From Nageia nagi (Eukaryota; Plantae; Pinophyta): a stretch of 64,000 nt of DNA. Position numbers and translations under genes: made by a program. The DNA is taken from assembly GCA_050084985.1 (NCBI GenBank), contig JBITNC010000001.1, forward strand, positions 164,858,001-164,922,000. Reading direction: 5' to 3'. Shown one piece after another: positions 40,086-52,800 of this stretch; position 1 is the first letter of the stretch, and each line of letters starts with the position of its first letter. The notes beneath the pieces were generated by a model. The model worked only from the letters and a program-made list of their open reading frames with translations. It did no database searches and was not told the origin of the DNA.

Positions 40086-40445
40086 GATAGTATAAAGGTA
40101 AGTTATATGGGCAACTTACATGAGTTCACATCATTCAATTAGAAGTATAAGATAGAACTGCCATCAAGGGGGAGAAATATTGTATGTGATGATAATTCTT
40201 TATGCCAATTCCTTTTAATTGAAATTTGATAGTGAAAAATATTAATTTTATGTGAAAGTTGTTGATATTTCCTATTTGATGCATTTTATATGTGAAAATG
40301 TTGATTTTAGCATCTATGGAAGATGTTATGCAAATGTGTATTAAATTGATTCAATTCCCTATATTATGTAACTACAACACACAATATAGTATAATTGACA
40401 TCAAACTATTGCTATAAAAATATTTGCATACCATATACATAGTTG

Positions 40446-40740
40446 TTCCATGTTGATGGATGTTTGATTCATGTTGATGAGTCATTGTATGTTATCCATG
40501 TTGATGGTTAGTTATTGGTCCATGTTTATAGATGTTTATATACCAATTTTATTCCATGTTGATGAATGTCTATATATATATGTATATATTTCATGAATTC
40601 CAATCCATGTTGATGGATATTTTTGTTCCATGTTGATGGATTTAAATGGTTATGCCAATTATATTTCATGATTATTTTATAGTTATTAACTCCATTAGTA
40701 ATTACAATTTGTTTATTTTATGTATCCATGTTGATGGATG
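40446..40740 (+). repeat. Array of ~8 TCCATGTTGATGGA motifs with variable spacers
   Basis: Motif near 40447, 40468, 40495, 40519, 40553, 40604, 40627 and 40725. Confidence 0.85.
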
Positions 40741-40900
40741 AAGTCCTCCTCTTGCGACACATCTTGAAGGATCATGCCAAAGCATTGAATTCATTGCTAA
40801 AATATCTCTCTCTTCATTAGGAAATGGTTCTTGGGAACCATCTTATTTTAATTTTTATATTCATTGTAAAATATAACCCCAAAATAATATTAAGGGATAG

Positions 40901-41676
40901 TGTTGGAAATTATAATCCTTTTTTGGGATTATTTGTATGTAATTAACCTATGTAAAAAGGTGACTAAATGATGTATTTAGAAGTTAACTAATATAGGTTA
41001 ATATTCTATTATTATGGTATTTAATTATATATAATTAAATACTATATAGTATTAAGGATAGTTTATATATAGTATAGTATAAAGTATACAACAAATAAGT
41101 ATGTAATATACTATATACACTACTTAGATCTAGCTAAAGAATTATTTACTATTTACTATATTTAGCTAGGGTCCAACCTATATTATGGTCAAAGGTGACT
41201 AAGCATGAATGGATGATGTGGTGGCAAGTATAAAGGACTTGGAGTCATAGTTTGGCATGTGGAAAACATGTAGGCATTCATGAAGGGACACTTGCCCCTT
41301 AGTGGCACATGGTGGAGAGTGAAAGGACATGTATCCTTTTCACTTCCACTTAACTCTTAGTTTACAACAACCATATTTTCTCCTATTTATAGGAGATCTA
41401 AGGGTGGTTGTAGGCTAATGTAAATGCAAGTTTTACTATTTATGACTTGTGGTATTATTCTTTCATACTCTTGTGTATTGGAAGCTATTGTACTCTTAAT
41501 CAAGGTTGTCCTAATAGAAAAAGAGAGAGAGGAACTTTGGTAAAGTATACTAGCCCAAGAAATTGGGTGAATCACTATATATCTTGTGTTATGCAGTTGG
41601 TTTCTTGTGCTTTACTTGTAAATTTTTAAAATTACATCTATATGCTCATGGTTATATTTATTTCACAATATTAACA
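40901..41676 (+). repeat. Probable 3' LTR of the decayed copia
   Basis: Decayed PPT AAGGGATAG, then TGTTGG...TTAACA. Contains the TAGCCC...TTGGGTGAATCAC LTR motif. Confidence 0.6.
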
Positions 41677-42225
41677 ATTTGGGTATTTTGAGTTATTATT
41701 ATTCCGTTGTTATTTTCACTGTATTGGAAAAATCTCCTCCATCAATAATTTCTTTCATTTTCTTTTCAAAATAGAAAATAAATAAAAACTTAGTAAATTT
41801 AAATTTTCTTTCAATTTTTCATATATTCAATAAAGGTATGACTTCAAATATTTACCTCTCCCTCATGCCCTTATATATCATTCCCCTATTTATTACATCT
41901 TACATATGTTATTTCATCCTTGAATTCAACCCTCATACTTTTACAAATAAGTTACATTTTTGTAGTTCTCTCAATAAAAATCATGTTTTTACAAAGCAAT
42001 TTCCAAGTATGTATGGTAAAAATTATGTTAACTTTTTAATTTTAGACTACAATGTTGAAAAAAATATTATAATATTTTGAAAATATTTCTATAACTCCTA
42101 AGCAATGTAATATTTTTAAATCATATATGTGCTCCTAAAATATTACAATATTTTTCTCATATATGCATAACATCTTTAATTTTCACCCCTCCATCATTAA
42201 TATCACCCTAATAATATCCTTATCC

Positions 42226-42227
<2 letters not shown>

Positions 42228-42266
<39 letters not shown>
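42228..42266. repeat. (TA)n microsatellite
   Basis: About 19 perfect TA units. Confidence 0.97.
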
Positions 42267-42269
<3 letters not shown>

Positions 42270-43113
42270 TCTTATGAACTTTCATATCTTATGATAATGT
42301 ACTCCTTATCATGTGATTTCTCCATGAGGTGTTATTTATTACCTATCAAGTTTTTTCTCATTTTTAGGGGAAGATAAATCATCATCATCATCCCTTATAA
42401 AATAAGCCTACATATCACCATCATTATGACATCATGTAAGCCTACATTTCATGTCGGTTGTGATAATCTAAGCTTGCAACTCAATCAATTATCATACATC
42501 GAGAGTCATGAATTAAAAACATCAAATTCATGGCATCCAAGATAAAAATCATAATCATTTTATACCTTTTATATTTTTTGCATTCTATTTTGCACCCATA
42601 TTATAAAACAAATAAGGATAAAATTTAGAGATCAAATCAAGTAGTAAACGTAACAACAAATGTTATATTAATACCAAATATCACATTAAATTTCATTTAG
42701 CATTAAAAGTCATATTGAATGTGGCATTAAATATTGCATATAAAATAACCTTAAATATGTCATTTAAATTAAATTTTATATAAAAATATATATGGTATTA
42801 AATGTCACATTTAAAATAATTGTTAAATCAAAAATAGAATTAAATTTTAAAATTAAATTGTATAATACAAGAAATTCCTACTACCCCTACCAATTCATCT
42901 CACACACATAGCATTTAATTACCAATAATATAGATTTGATCACATGCAAAATTTCCACCAATTGCCCCTCATTAAATTCCTTGACTTTGCTCTTTACCAT
43001 CAATTCCCAAAGTCTTGATGGCCATTAACCTGGGTTTATAAATTAGCAATGATCTTCATTCACTTGGTCCCTAAGAAATTTGATTTCATATGTTGCTAAA
43101 TTGGTATCCTAAG

Positions 43114-44578
43114 TTATTTATTTATTTTATAATTATTAAAGTGAGGGTTTTAAGAGGTTCCTCGAACCTATTACAAAGATATGAAGTATTTACCAAGATG
43201 ACAACAAAATAGTAAACATAAGAGCTCTCAAAGCATGCATAATTAAACCATAACATAATTAAGGAATTTAAAATAGGGATCTAACTCCCAAAAAGATACC
43301 ATAAAAGAGAAACCTCAATTTCATTAGTCCTCCTCCATATGGATATCACTTGAAGGATACCCCAACATCAAAGTTATCTTCTTCAATTCTTAGAAAAAGA
43401 GGCTTCTTTACTCTATGGAATTGAGATCCATCATAATTATCTATTATTCCATTGCTAAGTATTCTTCCATGCTTCCTATTTTGGCCCATAATGCTTTCAT
43501 ATGTTTGCAATATCTCTCTTCACTTTTAATTTATTTCCCATAAGAGTCCCAACAACAATCTTGTTGATAAGAGATTTTAGTTTTTTTTTTTTTTTTTAGG
43601 TGAGGAGTCTTTAGAATCATTCAAAATATAGTATGCAACCTTACCCCCTAAGGTATTTTCTTTTTTCTTTTTATCTTCATTATGAATAATTGTTTACTAA
43701 TTCTTTACCGCTAGATGAGGTGTCATGATAACACTTAACTCCTCTTTTGCCACTTTGGAAGGCCATTTGAAATTTGACACTTTTAAAAAGGGAAGGACCC
43801 TTTCCTTTAGAAAAGGATTCTAACACATATTTTAATTCCTCTTCATATCCATTTATATTGGATGCAATCTTATAAGACTCTTTCTTTTTTTAAATGGGCC
43901 AAAAGTGAAGGAGCCTCTAAATATGATGTCGAGTTGTGGAAGGGCATGTTTTGTAAGGATTTCCTTAAGATACAAATCATTTTTTCCACTATAAATATGA
44001 TCTTCAAATATTGAAATAGTATGGTAAGGATCCTTGCATGCTTTAGGGTTAAAAACATTCCTTTTAATACAACAAGGATTAACTTCTCCATTAATTTAAA
44101 TAATAGCATAGTGATATTCATCATTTAGCTACATTGTAGGTGATTGAGAAGTTGTATATGAAAAATCCAAACTGCATATAGGCTTCCATTGAGGTTCATG
44201 CATTATATAATCATAAAAATTATGTTTCCCCATGATCTAGTAGTGAATCTTATTGATAGCCATTAGAAACATCCACCCATAGATTGCTCATTTCCCCACC
44301 TGCTTGCGAAACAAGTCCACTTTTTTCTTTAGGGAGTATTTTTCCTTATTCATATTAATCCCTTTCAATGGAATTCCAAAAACCCCTTCATAAGATTCAT
44401 ATTCATTCAAAATCTAATCACTCAAGCTACAACTTTGTCATATTTCCATCAACATGTCAATATAGTAACTAATTTCATGTTCAAAGGTGGAAATTGTTTT
44501 AGGAGGATCTAGAGCCCCCCTTTCTCTAATTAAATAATTTTCATGTATTTCTCTACCACTATGATCATTAGCTCAACC
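43114..44578 (-). mobile_element. Decayed LINE-derived element, probably ORF1-only
   Basis: T-rich tail 43114-43130. The 3'-end motif GAGGGTTTTAAGAGGTTCC..AACC..TTACAA resembles GGGGTTTTAAAAGGATCTCC..TTGCAA of the 9857 element. An ORF1-C-terminus-like KRDIA..ESIMGQ..SMEEYL lies ~300 bp from the tail. Weak TSD TTGCTAA(A)TTG. Confidence 0.45.
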
Positions 44579-44623
44579 TTGCTAATTGCCATAAAAATAA
44601 ACACATGAAAGGAAAAATAAAAA

Positions 44624-44730
44624 TATTACAAACCAAAAAATCACCCTAAAATTGATAATAGTTTAAAACCACCCTAATAGACCTAAGAGGTTGATTTAAA
44701 ACCATCATTAAAAATCACCCCAAAAAATAA
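44624..44730. mobile_element. CACTA-type subterminal repeat block
   Basis: TTTAAAACCACC/AAAATCACCC motifs. CCTAAGAGGTTGATTTAAAACC matches CCTAAGAAGGTGATTTCAAACC at 58561. Confidence 0.5.
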
Positions 44731-45453
44731 AAAATAAAAATAGGTATAAAGAATGAAAGCTACTAAAACTCTTGGTAAGATACCTAAAACTCTAGGCAAG
44801 ATCATTTCCACCCCCCCCCCCCCCCCCACAAAGAACATCATACATCAACATTTGAGTTCTTTCCTTTGTCAAAATAGCCCAAGTTGTGTTATCATTGGGC
44901 TTCTCTATCAAAAACTATAGGCTTATCACCCATAATGGCTCCTCTAGAAAAATACTATATGGTACACCCTATTTGTTGGTATCCATGGTGTTTGGAAGAA
45001 CTAGATACAAGTTGAAGGTTAAGGCTTGTGTCAGAGAATATTTGCATTTTTATGTAACTGGTGGGTTCAGTTATCCTTTCTCATCTATAAATATTAGTAT
45101 TTTAGATGTATGAAGTCTTTTATGTATTTTCATGTTTGTTATGAACTAATGTACGATGTGAAATGTTGTTTATCATCTCATTTTAGGTAAATACTATGTG
45201 CTTAATATTTTCTATGTATTAATGATATTACAATAGGTTTATGATACATTATCTTAATTTAACCCTTGATATGTGAACTTCAATCCTAATATATAAAAGT
45301 ACCAAAATGTATGAATCATAGGGCAATATTAAATATAAATTCAAAGATATTATATTTTGATCCTTTCCTACCTCCAATATAACTATAGGATAATGGTAGT
45401 CAAATATTTTGCTAACATTTATTCTATTTATATGAAAAACATCCTTTAACCAA

Positions 45454-46313
45454 TCAGTGGTAATCACTACATGAACATTGTCCATCCTTGAAGTGGTGAA
45501 AATGATTGGTATCACTTACAATGATTTCTCATGCAACAATTTTGGAGAGAAACTTTATTGTAGAGTGGAACTTACCACATACTTGAAGGTTCTTCACAAC
45601 TCAAATTTTTATACTAGAGGATGTATTTAATAGCCCAAAATCAATTGCTAGTTTATCACAATGGTGGAAAATAATTTGTTCCCTCTCTTCCTCCTTAACA
45701 TCTTTCAAAACAAATCTTGTATCAGAAATATATCCTACTTCTTTCATCACTAGAGAAAATTTCTCTAACTCATATTAAATTTCTTATATTTTTGGATGTG
45801 ATCTATCTCCTTCAAAACAAAGTATGATACTATTTATTAACCATAATCCAACTACATCCACATAGATTTTGGATGCCTTTATATTTAATTATTTTTTGTA
45901 TGTTTTTTATTTAATTCCCCCTACCAAAGGTTGGGGTATAATTTTAAAGGTTATTTTTCTACAAAATATTATGACTTCAAATTGTTATGAATTCTACATG
46001 AATCAAGCAAATAATTCCACACTACAAGATTAGGTTTTTTTGGCATGTTATTTACAAGTTGTTTTGCTTCATCTACATGCCCAGAATGACCAAGAAGGTC
46101 AACCATACATGTATAGTATTTCATTGTATATTTAATACAATAATAATCATTCATGGATTTGAAGTATTGATGGCCATCTTTCACTAGACCTATGTTGCTA
46201 CATGTAGATAAAATACTAATAAACATGATATGGTTTAGAATCAAGCCCAAGCATTCCATTTCTTCAAATATTTTGATGGCTTCCTTGTTATTGCATTGTA
46301 TTATTAGATTCAA
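45454..46313 (-). pseudogene. PLS-class PPR pseudogene, C-terminal E/E+/DYW part
   Basis: YYTCMVDLLGHSGHVDEA..MPKKPNLVVWNYLLDSCRIH; GCSWI; GDRSHP; GYISDTRFVLKDVKEEE; HCDKLAIDFGL; VKNLQVCGKFH; HFHHFKDGQCSCSDYH*. Multiple stops and frameshifts. Confidence 0.92.
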
Positions 46314-47019
46314 GAAGGTTACTTGCAGATGTTACATCTTTATTTCATGTGAACATAAATGTAAAACATTGTACACATGTAATTTCTTTGGTATTAATTT
46401 ACGTCATTGATTATGTTACTTGTGTAAAATCTTGTGTACATAGTAAATTGTTTGGGTTGAATTATTGTTAATGGTTATATTACTTATATAAGTTTTAAGA
46501 GAGTATTTATTTAATTGAAGTATGCAACCAATCAATCCTTTTAAGGAGTTAGCACTAGCAAACTACAAAATATTATTAGGTTACCTTTTTAACATTTTTC
46601 AAAAGCCAAGATGGATATTATTTTAACCAATATAAGGAAATATGAGCTTTGGTTGACTATGGTGTATAGCTCACTTTTTTTAACTTTATAAAAGTTATTA
46701 TTTTATGCAAGATGCATTGACATGATCTTTTCAATGCTAATTTTGAAAATGTTGTGTTGCAATCATACAAGTCTTTTAAGAGAATTAAGTATCAATTGAT
46801 TCCTAGTTAGAAAAAATACCAATGTTGCAATCTACTTACTATTTAGTAGAATAGGCATTTTTCTAATGATACATTTATAATTGGATATTATTTTAAAATA
46901 GGTAGTATATTAACGTAACTAGTTCTTATGAACATAATCCATTATCCCATGTAAATAAGAGGAATCTATATGTCATCAAATTCAACATCTCATTGTTTAT
47001 ATATATACATTAATAGTTT

Positions 47020-47410
47020 ACATAATTTCATAACTTCTTGAATAATTTATAATCATCACTACGACCATTCTTTATATATTCTACAGTCATTACTCATCCC
47101 ATGAAATTAATTATTTATCATGCATCTTGTCATACAAAACTCTTGCCTTCTTAATGCTCCCATATTTTGAATACTTGTATATCACAGTTGTTATCATAAT
47201 TATATGCAAATTAAGAAACCCAAATCTAGCTAATTTTCTATGAATTTTCATGCCCAATTTTAAAGCTACAAAAGTTACACATACATGAAGAATACTTACA
47301 AAGGTTAATGAATATCCTTTGAAACCTACCAATTACATTTCATTAAAATGCTTGAGGACCTCCAAACAATACATATTCTATGCATATATTACAACTATTG
47401 CATTCCATAG
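47020..47410 (-). pseudogene. PLS-class PPR pseudogene, middle segment
   Basis: WNAIV...TFVSILHVC...GMKIH...YSKYGSIKKARVLYDKMHDK*LISW...KNGRS. Confidence 0.88.
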
Positions 47411-48596
47411 GTTTCAAAAGGAAAATATTATGTTAATTTAAAAGATTCTTAAATTTTGGTTGTAGAATTAATTAACCATCAATTTAAATTATTCAACTTG
47501 AAGTTGAACATTGCCAAAGAAATGTGTATGTTTTATAGTTTTAAAGATCATAATTCAATGAGACCTATGTAGGCCGATATTAACGTGCGAAAAAAAATGA
47601 ATGCTTAAACATATAATTATGTATCCCAAGTAATGGAAGCCTAACAATGGAAGAAAAATCCAATCCAAGTCAATTACAACAAAAGAGCCATTTTCTCTCT
47701 CATTTAGATGCCCATTAAAAGGTCAATATGGTGGATGACTTAAAGAAGTCAGGTACAAATAGGATGGTCATTGCAAGTTGTATAGTTATCTTGGAGAAAT
47801 TACATTCTAGTTCATGGATGCCAATCAGATTGCAAAATGGATGTTCTAAACATGGAAAATATCGTTAAAATTTATGGAGAAAAACAAAAAAGTGATATTA
47901 TTCCTCTATGTCAGAACATAATTCTTAACAAAGTTCATGTGGGTTTGAGCATGGTTTGATCTTGAATGAAGAGCATATTGTAGGTCAAAAGGGAGATACC
48001 CTCTATTGATAAAATAAGGTTTGGTATAGAAGCTATGATTGTAATGTTTATGGAAATATTGATAGTATATGACATGTAAAGTAATTTCAAATGATGTCCA
48101 TATCACTAATATTAAATTGAAAATGATGATGAGAGAAGCAAGTGGTAAGTGGGTTAGAAATCAATAGAAATTATATGTAAATAAACATGTTTATGTATTG
48201 GAGGACTTGATTGTGCTTTTTAATTTATGGACTTTACTTTCCATAGTTATAACAAATAACCAGCTCAATTATGAATTATATGTGGGTGTCACTATATTAA
48301 TTGGAGAAACTTCCAAATAAACTAAGTTTTATCTTTCACATCCTATTCCAAGGGAATATATCTAACTTCCATGTATTTTCCATGGAAATACGTACCCAAT
48401 TTAGTAATGGACATGTATTATTTACAACTATGTATGGGTAAATTAGAAAGTAAGCTTAATGTCAAAGAACTTTAATTTATTTCCTCAAGTTGCATGTAGC
48501 TATCAATTTATAGAAATCTTATAGATAATTTATGAATTGCTTTTTTTTTTTATGTGTCATTTTTATGTTGATTTTGCATGACTTCTTCCCTATGTT

Positions 48597-49079
48597 TGAA
48601 GGATTTAGGCTAGATCTAAACTAATCCTTAAGGACCAAGACTAGGAAACTCAATCATACACAAGATAACACCATTCACACAAGATAACACAAGTGTAATG
48701 TGGTTCCTCCCTCCTTGGGAGTACATCCACAACTAGTATCTCAATTCTCAAGTATGCCCCTCTTACAACTATTCTTTTCCTCTCCTACACAACTAGTAGA
48801 GTAATCTTACTCTAAAAAATTAGTTATGTTACAAGAGGAGAGGCCCTCTATTTATAGCTTGAGAGCACCTCCCTAACCTCCCTTTAACCCAAGGGTAAGG
48901 TTAGGGTTACAATAAATGTATCACCTAACTTTAACCTACCAACTAACCACTTGGTAAAGTCAAATTCTTCATAATAAAGAATTCTATTAATCTCTTAAGG
49001 TATCTACATATCCTTTAAGTGATTAATTGAATTTACAAAGAGTTTAGATATTCACAATATTTCATTACAAATTCTAACA
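48597..49079 (-). repeat. 3' LTR of copia
   Basis: TGTTAG...CCTTCA on minus, immediately after the PPT AAGGGGGAG. Confidence 0.97.
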
Positions 49080-49559
49080 CTCCCCCTTAATGCAATATTG
49101 GGATAGAGCGTAGAAGAGAGAAGAGAGAGAGTAAGAGAGAGTTCTCCTCCATAGAGATACAAGTGGAGATGAGAACATTTACATATTTGAGAATCTTTTT
49201 GAGAACTAGTTTGAGACTCACTACATTACCATTTGACAAAAATGGTTTACAATACAATCATTAACCACAACTGGTTTCACTGTACATAGTAGTCGATCAA
49301 CTTTAAGCTGACATGTGAGTCTCCATGAGTTTGCTTACACAAGGTGAGTAACTTGCATTTCTGAAGAAGATCCTACATGCTACAAGCAACTCATGAACAA
49401 AATCAGTTAGATGCATCATATATTCAAATAAGAGAATCAAATAATGCCATCTTATAAATAATTGATCAATGGTGCACTATAAGTCATCACGGAGATGCCA
49501 AGCCATCACTCATGGTCACCTGTTGTATATAGACATGTGTTGATTTTTAATAGAGCATA

Positions 49560-49855
49560 AAAATTGTACAATGAGTTTCTCATGCAGAGCAAACTCACCA
49601 CAGAGGTATAGAATGTACAACAAGTTCCTCATGTAGAGCAAACTTACCACGAAGGTATATTAATTATATACTCAAAAATTGTACAAGTTTCTCACGCAGA
49701 GCAAACTTACCACGAAGGTATAAAATGTACAATAATTTTATCACGCATAGCAAACTTACCACGGAGGTATAAAATAATCAACACTCTATAACAATAATTG
49801 TACAACAAGTTTATCATGCAGAGCAAACTTACCACAGAGGTATAGAATGTACAAT
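49560..49855 (-). repeat. Tandem array (5 units, 49-72 bp) in the copia 3' UTR
   Basis: CATGCAGAGCAAACTTACCACAGAGGTATAGAATGTACAA-like unit, with cores near 49587, 49636, 49700, 49749 and 49821. Confidence 0.9.
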
Positions 49856-49899
49856 CAAAAAGGCCTCTTAGAGGTGAAGTTGTCATCACTAACAAAAGT

Positions 49900-52800
49900 T
49901 CAAACTTCACTCCCCCTTGAGGGTAACTTCACCAACCTGAGAGAATCCCTAAGCTTGCAGAACTGAGCTTCAAGAAGGGGCTTGGTGAACAAATTAGTGG
50001 AGTTTTCAGTAGATGAACAATACTTCAAGTGTATGATGTCATCTAGAACCTTCTCCCTGATAAAATGTGCTTGGATTTCCACATGTTTGGTTCTCTGATG
50101 GAACATAGGATTCTTAGCCAAAGAGATAGTCGATTGATTGTCTGAAGAAATATGAGATGGGCCATTTTGCTTATACCCAATTTCGTTCAAAAGATGCCTT
50201 AGCCAAATAGCATCTTGGTCAGTAACAGACATGGCTCGATATTCAACTTCAGTGGTAGAAAGAGTCATAGTAGGTTGCTTCTTGGAAGCCCAAGAGATAG
50301 CACTTGAACCAATGCTAAACACATAAGCAGAGGTTGACTTTCTGTCATCTCTATCTCCCCCATAATCAGAATCTGAGAACCCTGAGAGAATAATCGAGGG
50401 CACTTTGGAATACTTAAGAGCAAGATCCTTTATCCCTGCTACATACCTCAAGATTTGCTTAACAACATTAAGGTGTTCAACATATGGTTTTTGCATGAAT
50501 CATGCCATCAGATTCACTGCAAAGGTAATATCAGGACGAGAGATAGTTAGATACAGAAGACTACCAATCAATTACCTATAAGCTGGAGCATCAGCCAACT
50601 GAGAATCTGAGCTCAGAGATACCATGATTCCAGGAGAAATAGGTATTGCAGCATATTTACACTCCTCCATTCCAAACTTTTGCAAGATGTCTGATATATA
50701 CTTAGATTGACTAAGATAAGTACAATCTTTGTGTTGGTAAACTTGCATCCCAAGATAGTAATGCAATAGACCTAGATTAGTCATTTCAAATGTTACCTTC
50801 AGTTTGGATATGCACTCTTGGGTGATTTCAATATTATTGCCAGTTATGAGAAGATCATCCACATAAAGGAGAATTAAGACCACATCTTTTTCTTGATTGA
50901 GTACATAGAGATCTGAATCAGAGAAGCACTTGAAAAAACCAATATCTACAAAGAATCTTGAAATTTTCTTGTACCATGCTCTAGGTGCTTACTTAAGTCC
51001 ATACAAAGACTTCTTTAGCTTACACACAAGAGAATCTTTTCCTTTTGGAATAAATCCTTTTGGTTGATTCATGTAGATTTCAACATCCAAGTCACCATTG
51101 AGAAATGCACTCTTGACATCAAGTTGAAAAGTTTTCCATCCTTGAGCTGCAGAAAGAGCAAGGATTATCCTAACAGTAGGCATTTTGGCCACAGGAGCAA
51201 AGGTTTCCTCATAATCAATACCATATTTTTGAGCGAATCCTTTGGCCACTAGCCTTGCTTTGTATTTTTCAATTTTTCCATCAGAATTGTACTTAACCTT
51301 GTATATCCATTTATTTCCAATCACATTTTTCTCATTGGGATAAGGAACCAAATCCCAAGTTTCATTTTTCATGAGCACCTCATACTCAACATTCATAGCT
51401 TCCATCCAACACTCTTTCTTGGAAGCTTCTTTGAAGGTTGATGGCTCATTCGTATTATCAATTTTGGCAAATAAAGAGTTATTCAAGGTCATACTCCTTG
51501 TAATTCTATGAGTTAGAGAATTTTGCTCTTATGGTGACTTCCCTACATGATCATCCAACCAGTTAGGTGCAGGCAAAGAATCATCTGAATTAGACACCTC
51601 AGCATGAGAGGTCGTATCCTCAGGAAGTTCATTGAACTTGACATCCCTAGAAATAAAGACTATTTTATGGGATGAGGAGTAGAGCCTATAACCTCTATGC
51701 TGATTATCATACCCCACAAAGATGCATTTTTCTAATCTTTTATCCAACTTCTTTCTTTTCTCTGAGGTAATGAAGGCAAATGCATCACAACAGAAGACCC
51801 TGAAGTGTGAGAGGTTAGGTTTCTTTCCTATCCATGCTTCATACAGATTTTTACCTTCAACTACCTTAGTAGGACACCTATTTAGGGTGTGAATAGCAGT
51901 GTGAATAGCTTCACCCCATAAGAAACTAGGAAGGTTACCCAACATGCACCTTGCCATTTCCATAATGGTTCGATTCTTCCTTTCAGAAACTCCATTTTAC
52001 TGAGGGGTGTAAGGGACTGTGAATTACTGCTTGATCCCATGTTTAACACAATAGTCGTTAAACTCATTGCTATTATACTCACCCCCATTATCAGATCTCA
52101 GCATCTTGATCTTAAAATCAGTTTGATTTTCAACAAGAGCCTTGAAGTCTTTAAACCTGTCAAATGTTTGATCTTTGTACTCAAGTAGATAACCAAATGT
52201 CATCCTAATGAAGTCATCAATGAAGGTCAGAATATAAGAAGCTCCCCCTAGAGACTTAGTCTGAAATGGACCCATCAAATCTGAATGCATAAGCTGAAGA
52301 GGACGAGTAGCTCGAGTTGCCTTATCTTTTTCAAACTTTTGCCTATTCATCTTTCCTAGAATGCACCTTTCATAGAGACTAATTATGGGTGAAATATTAG
52401 GTAAACCTTCCACAAGTTCTTGAGTTTTCATAGCTTGAATACTCTTGTGGTTAAGGTGCCCTAATCGTTGATGCCAAAGATTACCCTTTGAACAAACATT
52501 TGCAGCAAGACAAATATTTGAAGGAACTTGATCCACAATATAAAGGTCATTCTTTACTGATCATTTCATGAAGGTGGCAAGTCCTTTCTTAACACACCAG
52601 GAGTGTGAGGTAAACTCAAATGAGTATCCTTTCCTTATAATCTGAATTACGAAGATGAGATTCATCCTAAGTTTAGGCACATAAAAGACATTATCAAGAG
52701 TCTTTCCATGCATCTTCACACTCCCTATTCCTTGAACATCAAGGACTGTATTATCACCTATCACAACTGCATCCTTTTTGTACTTATGAAAGTTTTCAAA

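Noticed and set aside
40446-40740. CRISPR-like repeat-spacer appearance (also 22335-22915 and 49560-49855)
   Set aside because: Eukaryotic TE context, repeats too short or degenerate, spacers irregular or homologous to one another, and no cas genes.
44811-44827. Poly(C)17 run
   Set aside because: Simple homopolymer with no supporting structure.
47057-47069. CACTACGACCA as a possible CACTA left terminus
   Set aside because: It is PPR coding sequence on minus (KNGRSD) and has no subterminal repeats.
47600-48110. Coding-like purine-rich stretch inside the PPR interruption
   Set aside because: Stops in all frames and no motif I can identify, so it is left uncalled.
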